From Candidatus Kapaibacterium sp. (GTDB lineage Bacteria; Bacteroidota; Ignavibacteria; Kapaibacteriales; UBA2268): DNA of 64,000 nucleotides. Position numbers and translations under genes: made by a program. The stretch is taken from contig OY762428.1 of the NCBI GenBank assembly GCA_963665665.1, positions 4,640,001 to 4,704,000 on the forward strand, given 5' to 3'. Under the pieces are notes generated by a model, which did not search any database, was not told the origin of the DNA, and saw nothing but the letters and a program-made list of their open reading frames with translations. Positions 19,753-28,717 of this stretch are shown piece after piece. How positions within the stretch are numbered: the first letter of the stretch is position 1; the number at the start of each line of letters is the position of its first letter.

Positions 19753-20169
19753 ATGTTCCGGGATGATATGAATATGAAAACAAGAGTTAGAAATATTTCA
19801 ATTTCCGTATTGATTGCGCTATCGGGAATTTTTTGGATATTGAATTTCAATCGGATTAATATTGACGGAATTTCCGGAGAGTTGTCCAGCCTGATATTGG
19901 GGGAGGATACGAGATACTCAAAAGAGTTTTCGGATTTTAAATTCGATTTGATAAGATCAGGTATGACAAAAGATGAGGTTATTTGTTTACTCGGGGAGCC
20001 ATTGAATTATTTCAAGCCTTATGATTTCCCGGGGGCTGATCCGGGAAAGATGCATTATTTGGCTTTGCAATACAGCGATAGCCCTTCATCCACACATTAC
20101 AGGCTGCGACAGATAGTGATAAATGGGAATGTTGTCATTGATAAAATCGGATATTTTTATGTCGATTGA
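19753..20169 (+). CDS. Membrane-anchored protein with SmpA/OmlA(BamE)-like domain
   Basis: N-terminal TM plus F..IRSGMTKDEV..LLGEP motif. Confidence 0.55.
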   Translation: MFRDDMNMKTRVRNISISVLIALSGIFWILNFNRINIDGISGELSSLILGEDTRYSKEFSDFKFDLIRSGMTKDEVICLLGEPLNYFKPYDFPGADPGKMHYLALQYSDSPSSTHYRLRQIVINGNVVIDKIGYFYVD

Positions 20170-20372
20170 AAAGTAGAAAAATTATTGGAGAGGGTTTTCA
20201 AGTTTAATGAATGAAAAGATGAAAGACAGCAATAATTATCACCACATCGCCATATATTCAGGAGGCATCATTCAGTATGACACCCTGGTAAAGAGTGAAC
20301 GGCTTCCTTTAAAAAAAACAGCGATTTAAGGTGAAATAATCTTAACTTGCAAAAAATCAAAAGGAGCATCAA

Positions 20373-20660
20373 ATGGCAAACAAACGAAGAAATTACAGTT
20401 CAAAATTCAAAATGCAGGTAGCCCTGGAGGCAGTCCAAGAGAGAAAAACAATAACCGAGCTGGCATCGGAGTACGGGGTTCATCCAAACCAGATAAGCAT
20501 GTGGAAAAAGCATTTAAAAGAAAGTGAAAAGGAAGTATTTGAAAACAAGCGTGGGCCAGGGAAGAATAAAAAAGAAAAAGACGAATCAGTATTATATGAA
20601 GAAATAGGCCGGCTAAAAATTGAATTAGACTGGTTAAAAAAAAAATTGGGCCGTGAGTAA
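20373..20660 (+). CDS. IS3 transposase OrfA (HTH)
   Basis: KRRNYSSKFKMQVALEA...ELASEYGVHPNQISMWKK...LYEEIGRLKIELDWLKKK. Confidence 0.9.
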   Translation: MANKRRNYSSKFKMQVALEAVQERKTITELASEYGVHPNQISMWKKHLKESEKEVFENKRGPGKNKKEKDESVLYEEIGRLKIELDWLKKKLGRE

Positions 20661-21498
20661 AGAAGAACGCAGGAAGATGGTAGATGCTGATAATAAAGAA
20701 ATTAGCATAAGCCGGCAGTGCGAGCTTTTGGGTATTAGCAGGAGCTGTTATTATTACAAACCCAAGGGTGAAAGTGAAGCAAATATTCTATATATGAAGC
20801 TGATCAAAGAACAATTCGCGATTACTCCATTTTATGGAGCCAGAAAAATGACAGCACACTTACGTTCTTTGGGATACCATGTTAACTATAAACGAATCAG
20901 GCGATTAATGAAATTATTGGGACTTCGGGCAATATATCCCCAACCGGACACGAGCAAACCGAACAAGGAGCACAAAATTTATCCATACCTGTTGAGGGAT
21001 ATGAAAATAAGTCGTCCGGATCAGGTTTGGAGCCTGGATATAACATATATTCCGATGCGTAAAGGATTTATGTATCTTATAGCAATTATAGATGTTTATA
21101 GCAGGTATATCGTCGACTGGGAATTATCGAATAACCTTGAGAAGGAGTTCTGCATAGATACAATAAAAAGGTCTTTGAAAACCAGGAAACCGGAAATAAC
21201 AAACACGGATCAGGGCAGTCAGTTCACGAGCAATGATTTTGTGAAAACGATTCTGGATGCTGATGTTAAGGTAAGCATGGACGGCAAGGGCCGCGCCTTG
21301 GACAATGTTTACATAGAACGCTTCTGGCGGAGCTTTAAATACGAAGACCTGTATCTGAAGTCTTACGAAGACGGAAAAGAGCTCTATGGCGGTATAAAGG
21401 CTTATGTCGATTGGTATAACAACACGAGGCCGCACGCAGGAATTGAATACCAGATTCCGGCTGAAAAATATATGAACGAACAGCGGTTCGTTAATTGA
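20653..21498 (+). CDS. IS3 transposase OrfB (DDE integrase core)
   Basis: SRQCELLGISRS.YY, WSLDITY, TDQGSQF, DNVYIERFW and WYN..RPH motifs. Confidence 0.92.
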   Translation: MSKEERRKMVDADNKEISISRQCELLGISRSCYYYKPKGESEANILYMKLIKEQFAITPFYGARKMTAHLRSLGYHVNYKRIRRLMKLLGLRAIYPQPDTSKPNKEHKIYPYLLRDMKISRPDQVWSLDITYIPMRKGFMYLIAIIDVYSRYIVDWELSNNLEKEFCIDTIKRSLKTRKPEITNTDQGSQFTSNDFVKTILDADVKVSMDGKGRALDNVYIERFWRSFKYEDLYLKSYEDGKELYGGIKAYVDWYNNTRPHAGIEYQIPAEKYMNEQRFVN

Positions 21499-21874
21499 AA
21501 ACTTTGTTGGAAAAGTGAAAAAATGTAATCCGGTAAGCAATTGATAAAAAAAGAAATAGAAAGGAGAGTGAAAGTTATCCACAATTTCCAGGTTGTTAAC
21601 AAAAAGAAAAAAAAGTAGCAAAAAAAAGAAAAATTAATATTATTACATATTTTTTTCTTATTTTATTAGAGAAGAAGTATAGATTAATAAACACCATAAA
21701 CTATACTTTTATTTGTCTAAGCAATAGGGAGCATTTCAGAGATGAATGGGGAAGGGGATGGATATTCAAAATATAGAATCCATTATAAATAAAAAGTGGT
21801 ATGAATTCTGGAAATAGTTGTTTTATCTAATTGTTTGACTGATGTTGAAATAACAAATTTTGAAAATCCTCACC

Positions 21875-22186
21875 CTATTCCTCGCATTGCTTTTGGGATT
21901 CTATTTCAAGATTGCGGATCAGGTCACGCATCTTGATGTAGCGTCGGATACCGAGTATCACGGTAATAAGAGCCGAGGGCAGGAATATCCAGCCGATAAT
22001 GGTAGTATGTAAGGCGCCGAAGAATTTTATGAATGAGAATCCCGCCACGGCAAGTGTCAGGGCCGTCCGCTGGTATGATAGGAATGTCCTTTCGTTGGCC
22101 AGAATGGAACGCGCCGCGGCAAGCTGGTCGTTCAGCGGCAATTCCTTTTCAATGAATCTCTGGTATAAATTTTTCCCGATTTGCAT
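21875..22186 (-). CDS. DUF202 (YidH-like) small membrane protein
   Basis: DQLAAARSILANERTFLSYQRT signature followed by two TMs. Confidence 0.85.
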   Translation of the reverse strand: MQIGKNLYQRFIEKELPLNDQLAAARSILANERTFLSYQRTALTLAVAGFSFIKFFGALHTTIIGWIFLPSALITVILGIRRYIKMRDLIRNLEIESQKQCEE

Positions 22187-22195
22187 TATTACTCC

Positions 22196-22876
22196 TTATA
22201 ATTCCCAAAGATGTCCGAATTCTTTCAATATCCTGTATGGTTCGCGGTAGTCAGGCATCATTTTTTCAACTATCTGCCAGAATCTTGGTGAGTGGTTCAT
22301 TTCCCACAGATGGGCGAACTCGTGCACGATTACATAATCTATTACTCCTTCAGGAGCCATTATCAGGCGCAGTGAGAAATTGATATTCCCGGCGCTGCTG
22401 CAGGAGCCCCACCTCTTTTTAGCCGAAGATATTTTAATATTTTTATAATTTACGCCTACTTGCTCGGCAATTTCCATTGCCCTCGGTACAATAAAACTTT
22501 TTGAATTCTGCTTGTAAAACTCCTCGAAAACGGCGGGGCCGAATTTCCTGTGTGCCTCGGCAAGGAAGAAAACATTATCCCGAAATTCCAGTGAATAACG
22601 CGAATTTTTGACAATTTTCAAAGGGTACTGTCTCCCCTTGAAGAAATACATTTCTCCGTCCGAAAAGGTTTTTTCCGGATTCAGAGCTCTTCGGTTTCGT
22701 ACTTCATGCTGCTTTCTTTCTATCCAGTCGCGCTTGGTTTCCAGCAGGCGGTAAATCTCCTTTTCCGATGCCCGGATTGGAGCGCGTACTATCAGAGAAC
22801 CGTTTTTATCAACAATAAGAGATATCGTCGTCCTGTGCGACCTTACTAACTGATCTATTTTAATTCCCGGCTTCAT
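22196..22876 (-). CDS. YgjP/DUF45 zinc metalloprotein (M48/SprT-like)
   Basis: RWGSCS..G.INFS.RL...P..VIDYVIVHEFAH..EMNHSPRFW. Confidence 0.88.
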   Translation of the reverse strand: MKPGIKIDQLVRSHRTTISLIVDKNGSLIVRAPIRASEKEIYRLLETKRDWIERKQHEVRNRRALNPEKTFSDGEMYFFKGRQYPLKIVKNSRYSLEFRDNVFFLAEAHRKFGPAVFEEFYKQNSKSFIVPRAMEIAEQVGVNYKNIKISSAKKRWGSCSSAGNINFSLRLIMAPEGVIDYVIVHEFAHLWEMNHSPRFWQIVEKMMPDYREPYRILKEFGHLWEL

Positions 22877-23348
22877 TCGGTTTATTTCCCGGCCTGTTTA
22901 GAATACTGTTCTGAATATTATTTAAAATCCGGCTTACAGGCAGGTCAAGAACTCCGCCCTTGCCATTATTAACTGCCTTAACCCATGCCTGATATTGGTT
23001 AGAGTAATCAGGAATCGGCACGTTTTCCTGTACCAGCTTTACAACGCTTTTCCTGACAGCCGCCTCTGTAAGCGGAAGGTGTGATACTCCCTGGCTGAAA
23101 CCTTTGGGATGTGCCGGATTTTTAATTTTAATACCGTTCACATTTATGTGTACAACTTTACCAAATGCAGGATTTGTTTCCGTTTTTAATATCTGAATTG
23201 TCGATCTTTCCTCTCCGGGGCGCGTTTTATAACTCCAAAGCTGTCCCGGTTTGAATTCAATGTTTGCTGTTTCCGGTTCTTTATTTTCATCTCCTCCGCA
23301 GGAAATGAAAATAAAGGCTGCAATAAATAATAATAGTAATGGTTTCAT
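22860..23348 (-). CDS. Hypothetical lipoprotein
   Basis: MKPLLLLFIAAFIFISC lipobox from ATG 23348; overlaps the next gene. Confidence 0.7.
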   Translation of the reverse strand: MKPLLLLFIAAFIFISCGGDENKEPETANIEFKPGQLWSYKTRPGEERSTIQILKTETNPAFGKVVHINVNGIKIKNPAHPKGFSQGVSHLPLTEAAVRKSVVKLVQENVPIPDYSNQYQAWVKAVNNGKGGVLDLPVSRILNNIQNSILNRPGNKPNEAGN

Positions 23349-23361
23349 TATATTTCCCCTT

Positions 23362-25998
23362 TTACTTTCTACCTCTTCTGGCTTCTTTCTGCAGGTCTGC
23401 AAGAACCTGCATTGCCTGTATAGGTGTTAAATTATTTAATTTCAGGTTAAGGACTTTGTCCCTGAGTTCATCATCCCTGAATTCAAAGATGGCAAGCTGA
23501 TCTTCTTTTGCTTTTTCTTTCATGGTTTTAATTTTATCCGTACTGCCGGTTTTGCTGCCTTTTTCGTCAGTAGATTCAAGTGTTTTAAGAATTTCGTCGG
23601 CACGTTTAACAATTTCCTTTGGCAGACCTGCCATTTTTGCCACATATATACCAAAGCTGTGGTCGCTGTACCCGGGTTTTACTTTATGTGAGAATACAAT
23701 TGCACTGCCTGCATCAATCACCTGCACCTGGTAGTTCTTTATCCTGTCATACCTGTCGGCAAGTTCATTCAATTCGTGATAGTGAGTGGCAAACAATGTT
23801 TTTGCACCGATAGCATTGTGAATATGCTCCGTGATAGCCCAGGCTATGGAAATACCGTCGAAAGTAGCAGTACCCCTTCCGACTTCATCCAGGAGTATGA
23901 GGCTTCTGCTCGTTGCATTGTTCATTATATTTGCCGCTTCAAGCATTTCCACGAGGAAAGTACTTTCACCGGCAGTCAGGTTATCCTGTGCGCCAACACG
24001 AGTGAATATTCTGTCAATAATTCCGAACTTCGCTGATTTGGCAGGAACGAAACAGCCGCATTGCCCCAAAAGTACGATTAGGGCAATCTGCCTTAGATAA
24101 CATGATTTACCGGACATATTAGGCCCCGTAAGAATATGTATCTGATCATTCTCATTTTCAAGCTTTGTTGAATTTGGCGTGAAAGATTCACCAACCGGAA
24201 GTATTCTTTCCACAACCGGGTGGCGGCCGTCCTTTATATCAATTTTATCGGATTCGTCAATTTTCGGCATCACATAATTATAATCAACCGAGGCTTTAGC
24301 ATATCCCTGCAGGCAGTCTATCACTGCTATGATGTATGCGTTTTCCTGTATTTCCGAAGTAAATTTAACTACTTCCTCTCTCATCTGTGTGAAAAGGTCA
24401 TTTTCTATCTCATTGATCTTTTCTTCGGCGCTGAAGAGTTTTTCTTCAATTACTTTCAGTTCGGGAGTGGTATATCTTTCTGAATTTGTCAGAGTCTGTT
24501 TGCGTTCATAGCTTTCAGGAACTTTACTCTGATGAACTTTTGTTACTTCAATATAATAACCGAATACATTATTATATCCGACTTTCAGGGAGCTGATACC
24601 GGTTGATTCTCTTTCCTTATCCCTGTATTGGCTTATCCATTCTTTTCCGGAATGCTTAGCTTCAATATAGCCGTCCAGTTCCTCGGAATATCCCGGGCGG
24701 AATATATTCCCGCTGCCCAGTACGGTGGATGGTTCGTCGAGAAATGCCCTGTCGATCAGTTCAATAACATTGGATGTATCCCTGAATGAATCGCCAAGAC
24801 GCTTCAAATCCTTACTGTTTAGTTCTGCCATCAGTGTTTGCATTGGCGGAATTATTCTCAGGCTGTGTGCCATGGATACGAAATCCCTCGGGTTTGGTTT
24901 TCCCGTACACAGTTTGGAAATCAGCCTTTCAATATCACCCGACTTGCCGAGTGTATTTCTTGTTTCCCCGAGAAGTTCAATGTTATCAACGAAAGCTTGT
25001 ACTGATTTCAGCCTCTTATTAATTTTTTCGAGGTTTTTAAGCGGACGTGATATCCAATTCTTGAGAAGCCTGCCGCCCATAGGAGTGGAAGTTTTATCAA
25101 GTATAGATATAAGCGAGCCATCTCTTTTGTTTTCAGCGAAAGACCATGTTATTTCCAGGTTGCGACGAGTGGCATAGTCCAGCGACATAAATTCGCCCGG
25201 ATCGTAAGCGCTGATTTTCATTATCTGATCGAGCTTGCCCTGGCGTGTTTCACTAATATAATGTATCAGCGCACCGGACGCAGCTATACCATTTTCAAGT
25301 TCATCAATCCCGTATCCTTTAAGGGTTTTCGTCTTGAAATGCTTTAGCAGTTCCTCACGTCCGAAAACCGGATCGAAGATCCATTCTTCCAGTTTTGTAT
25401 AAGAGGGTTTATATGAAAGGACGTCGAGTTCAGATTCAATGTCCGTTTTTTGTTTTTTACTTATAACTATCTCTGCAGGAGCCATAGCTTCTATTAGTTC
25501 GGGCAGGCGGTTAAGGGCCGTTTCCCCGGTAAAGAACTCACCGGTTGAAATATCTGCAAAACTAAATCCGATAATGAAGTTGCTTCCTTTTACTTTTTTC
25601 ATGTAGAGGGAAGCCACGTAATTGTTTTTCTTTGATTCAAGCAGCTTATCGTATAATGCTACTCCGGGGGTTACTACTTCCGTAACACCTCGTCGGACAA
25701 TCCCCCTGGATTGTTTGGGGTCTTCAAGCTGTTCGCATACTGCAACCCTGTATCCGGCTTTTACCAGTTTTGGCAGGTAGGCATCCAACTGATGGTGGGG
25801 GAAACCTGCTAAGGGCATATCGCCGGCAGCGCCGTTATTTCGCTTTGTAAGTGTAATACCGCAGGTTTCGGCAGTAATCCTGGCGTCCTCGTTGAAAGTC
25901 TCAAAGAAGTCGCCCAGCCTGAATAATAGTACAGTACCCGGGTATTTCTCCTTTATCCGGGTATATTGTTTCATCAAAGGTGTTTGTTTATCTTTCAT
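23362..25998 (-). CDS. mutS: DNA mismatch repair protein MutS
   Basis: TPLMKQY, FRLGDFFETF, GPNMSGKS, STFLVEM, LDEVGRGT, FATHYHEL. Confidence 0.97.
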   Translation of the reverse strand: MKDKQTPLMKQYTRIKEKYPGTVLLFRLGDFFETFNEDARITAETCGITLTKRNNGAAGDMPLAGFPHHQLDAYLPKLVKAGYRVAVCEQLEDPKQSRGIVRRGVTEVVTPGVALYDKLLESKKNNYVASLYMKKVKGSNFIIGFSFADISTGEFFTGETALNRLPELIEAMAPAEIVISKKQKTDIESELDVLSYKPSYTKLEEWIFDPVFGREELLKHFKTKTLKGYGIDELENGIAASGALIHYISETRQGKLDQIMKISAYDPGEFMSLDYATRRNLEITWSFAENKRDGSLISILDKTSTPMGGRLLKNWISRPLKNLEKINKRLKSVQAFVDNIELLGETRNTLGKSGDIERLISKLCTGKPNPRDFVSMAHSLRIIPPMQTLMAELNSKDLKRLGDSFRDTSNVIELIDRAFLDEPSTVLGSGNIFRPGYSEELDGYIEAKHSGKEWISQYRDKERESTGISSLKVGYNNVFGYYIEVTKVHQSKVPESYERKQTLTNSERYTTPELKVIEEKLFSAEEKINEIENDLFTQMREEVVKFTSEIQENAYIIAVIDCLQGYAKASVDYNYVMPKIDESDKIDIKDGRHPVVERILPVGESFTPNSTKLENENDQIHILTGPNMSGKSCYLRQIALIVLLGQCGCFVPAKSAKFGIIDRIFTRVGAQDNLTAGESTFLVEMLEAANIMNNATSRSLILLDEVGRGTATFDGISIAWAITEHIHNAIGAKTLFATHYHELNELADRYDRIKNYQVQVIDAGSAIVFSHKVKPGYSDHSFGIYVAKMAGLPKEIVKRADEILKTLESTDEKGSKTGSTDKIKTMKEKAKEDQLAIFEFRDDELRDKVLNLKLNNLTPIQAMQVLADLQKEARRGRK

Positions 25999-26019
25999 TG
26001 TCTGTCCGTATCAGCAAAT

Positions 26020-26706
26020 TTAATCTTTCGGCAAACCGACCGATCTCATTCTTGCTAATATAGTATTTTTTCTTTTCATTATGTAGTTTGTCGGCCTTGC
26101 CGGCGACCATCTTCTCGGGTTTGGAAGAACTGCGGCAAGTAAGGCAGCTTCCCTCCGGGTAAGTTTCGAAGGAGGTTTGTTAAAATATTTCCTTGATGCA
26201 GCATCAATTCCGTAAATGCCGTCGCCCCACTCTATCACGTTTACGTAAACTTCAATTATTCTTCTCTTACCCCAGATAATTTCAATCATATAAGTAAAAA
26301 ATACCTCAAGTCCCTTACGGAAATAACCGCCTTTCAGCCACAGGAAAGTATTCCGGGCTGTCTGCATTGATATTGTGCTGGCGCCGCGGCGTTTTTTGCC
26401 CTTATATCGTTCGTTATATTTTCTGGCCTGTTCAATTGCTTTCCAGTCAATTCCGTCGTGAGAATTAAATCTGCCGTCCTCGGAAGCAATTACTGCACGG
26501 AATAAATTTGGAGAAATATTATCAAAAGATGCCCAGTTTTTTTCGATTTTAGCATCTTTACCATCAATCGTATTTTCAATTACACGTATTAGCATTAGTG
26601 GGGTAACAGGCGGGTTTATGAATTTATATGCAATAGTAATGAATATTGAGCCTATTACGAACCAAATAATAAAAAAAAACAGGAATTTGATGATTTTTTT
26701 ACACAT
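26020..26706 (-). CDS. mtgA: Monofunctional peptidoglycan transglycosylase
   Basis: SEDGRF..H.G.D, RGASTISMQTARN.FLW, RK.LE, YVNVIEWGDGIYG, LPNP. Confidence 0.93.
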   Translation of the reverse strand: MCKKIIKFLFFFIIWFVIGSIFITIAYKFINPPVTPLMLIRVIENTIDGKDAKIEKNWASFDNISPNLFRAVIASEDGRFNSHDGIDWKAIEQARKYNERYKGKKRRGASTISMQTARNTFLWLKGGYFRKGLEVFFTYMIEIIWGKRRIIEVYVNVIEWGDGIYGIDAASRKYFNKPPSKLTRREAALLAAVLPNPRRWSPARPTNYIMKRKNTILARMRSVGLPKD

Positions 26707-26873
26707 AAATTACTTTTTTTGATAAAATTTTTATATATTTATTCCCAGTTATTGTACGCTTTTTAATAAAGATGAAAATAATTATCATTTTTGAAAATAG
26801 AAAAATCTTTCTTTGATTTAATATAAATTATGCCTTTTGTGCATTGTTTCCCATTAAATCCCCAACACAAACT

Positions 26874-26901
26874 ACCAGCTTGGTTCCCACCGGCTGGTTT
26901 T
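26874..26901. terminator. Stem-loop directly after the radical SAM gene stop
   Basis: ACCAGCT...GGCTGGT inverted repeat next to a T run. Confidence 0.4.
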
Positions 26902-27840
26902 TTATTTACATTGTTGCAATTCATAAGTATAACCTTTTTCAAGTTCGGCTTTTTCGTTAAGATGCGTTGTCAGATATTGGCCGCAATTACTGCCTATGTT
27001 ATTTTCCTCCAGTTCGCCAATACTCAGAAGAACATCATATCCGGCATTTTTAACCGAGTTGATTTTATCATATTTTTCCTTTTCAGGTAATATATACGAT
27101 TCTATGTTGTTGTCCCTGGCTTTATAAGTCGGGTTAACAGGGGTGACCTTTACAAGAAATTTATCAGGATTGAAATACCTTAACAGTTTATCTGCAGAAA
27201 GTTCCATGCCTCCCGCCAGAGCAAAGTTCAGCGTAATCTTTCTGTCGCCGGGTTTGAAAAATGTATTTCCATATTCGGCTATTTTATCGAAACTCCACTT
27301 TTTTACGGGAAGCAGCCAGTCCCTTTGTTCTTGGTTTGTGGTGTGAATTGAAAACTGCATCTGAAACTTATCTTTATAAAGCCGGTTTTTAATATCCATT
27401 AGCCTGATGAAGAATTTATCACTACCATTGGGGGCTATTGTTGATATTGAAGGCATTAGTCCCGGAGCCTGATATACTGTAGGTAAATCCTCCAGAACGT
27501 CCAACACTGCTGAATTAAATGCAGGCTCGCCCATTCTTGCAAACTGGATTTTGAATTTCTCTGCGGGAATTTTGCCATCAGGATATCTTTGCCTGATGGG
27601 GTAATCAATCTGAGCGAACAATTCTTTCCAATTCAGCTTTCCCTTATAATAGTTACCCGAATCGCAAAATTTACATGAAACGGGGCAGCCATATAATGTT
27701 GATATGATCAGAACCCATTTCTTTTCACGGGGAATAGGAGGCTGAACCGATTCAACAAATTCAACGACTTTTCCGTCTCCAAATTCCCCAAGGTAAACTG
27801 TTGCTATATCTTTATTTTCTGTTTTTCCGATTATCTTCAT
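26902..27840 (-). CDS. RlmN/Cfr-like radical SAM protein (divergent, lacks N-terminal helical domain)
   Basis: GCPVSCKFC cluster motif, RMGEP, SIH, TPVN and C-terminal SNCGQ. Start placed at ATG 27840. Confidence 0.85.
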   Translation of the reverse strand: MKIIGKTENKDIATVYLGEFGDGKVVEFVESVQPPIPREKKWVLIISTLYGCPVSCKFCDSGNYYKGKLNWKELFAQIDYPIRQRYPDGKIPAEKFKIQFARMGEPAFNSAVLDVLEDLPTVYQAPGLMPSISTIAPNGSDKFFIRLMDIKNRLYKDKFQMQFSIHTTNQEQRDWLLPVKKWSFDKIAEYGNTFFKPGDRKITLNFALAGGMELSADKLLRYFNPDKFLVKVTPVNPTYKARDNNIESYILPEKEKYDKINSVKNAGYDVLLSIGELEENNIGSNCGQYLTTHLNEKAELEKGYTYELQQCK

Positions 27841-27841
27841 A

Positions 27842-28717
27842 TTATTTTTTTCTGATTTCGTTATCAATTTCCATTGCTGCTTTCAGGCCGTCTCCGACTG
27901 ATATTGCTGCCTGCCGGTATATTCCGTTTATTACATCACCTACAAAGTACAGTTTCTTTTCTTTAATCAAATCATCCTTATGCTTAAGAAATTGTTCGGG
28001 GATGAAGTCCGTATCAGGTATTCTTCCAATTGCCCCGATTACAATATCAGACTTAATAAGCCTTTCGTCATTCAAAGACTTGCAATATAATAATAATTCA
28101 TCTTCTTCAATTGAAGTTTTTATTACTTTATAATTTTCTAAATAGCGTATCGCAGAGTTAGCCTTTGCCCTGCTAAAAAGTAACTCAAGACATTTGGGTT
28201 TGCTTCCCCGGTTAATAATTGTTACCTGATTTTTATTGGAAGACAGACTAAGACCATAATCAAATGCAGCATCGCCGGCGCCGATTATTGTTATCTTTTT
28301 TTCTGAGATGTTGATTAAATCTCTTATATCATAATAGATTTTATCTTGGATATTGGCATATTCATCAGAAATCAGTTGTTTGGGCTTTGTTCCGCAGGCA
28401 ACAACGAGGAATTCAAAGTTGAATAATTGTTTCTTTGTTTCAATTTCAAATTTCTCTGAGAAACTAACTTTTTTTACTTCATCGAAAATGATTTTCGGGG
28501 AAAAGGACTCAAGCTGATTTTTCATCAATAGAGCCAGTTTTTTACCACTTATCCCTTTGGGAAACCCGGGATAATTTTCAACAAGATTTGCATTGTTTAG
28601 CAGCCCTCCAATATTACTTTTCTCGAATATTACCGATTTGTGACCCGATCTGTGAAGTTGTATTGCAGCAGCTATCCCGGAGGGACCGGCGCCTATTATT
28701 CCGATACTATTATGCAT
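27842..28717 (-). CDS. Thioredoxin-reductase-like FAD/NAD(P) oxidoreductase lacking CxxC
   Basis: IIGAGPSG, ENYPGF, IIGAGDAAFD, VGDV...RQAAISVGDG; no CxxC. Confidence 0.85.
   Translation of the reverse strand: MHNSIGIIGAGPSGIAAAIQLHRSGHKSVIFEKSNIGGLLNNANLVENYPGFPKGISGKKLALLMKNQLESFSPKIIFDEVKKVSFSEKFEIETKKQLFNFEFLVVACGTKPKQLISDEYANIQDKIYYDIRDLINISEKKITIIGAGDAAFDYGLSLSSNKNQVTIINRGSKPKCLELLFSRAKANSAIRYLENYKVIKTSIEEDELLLYCKSLNDERLIKSDIVIGAIGRIPDTDFIPEQFLKHKDDLIKEKKLYFVGDVINGIYRQAAISVGDGLKAAMEIDNEIRKK

Larger units (their letters stand above)
20278..21738 (+). mobile_element. IS3-family insertion sequence (ends approximate)
   Basis: orfA/orfB pair. Left end TGACACCCTGGTAAAGAGTGAAC, right end GTCTAAGCAATAGGGAGCATTTCA (TG...CA, only weakly complementary). 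No clear target duplication. Confidence 0.8.

Noticed and set aside
20207-21790. A gene interrupted by the IS3 element
   Set aside because: Joining the flanks gives only a very short peptide with no recognisable features.
26902-27840. Cfr-type antibiotic resistance gene or housekeeping rlmN
   Set aside because: It lacks the Cys118-equivalent and N-terminal domain shared by both, so no gene symbol was assigned.
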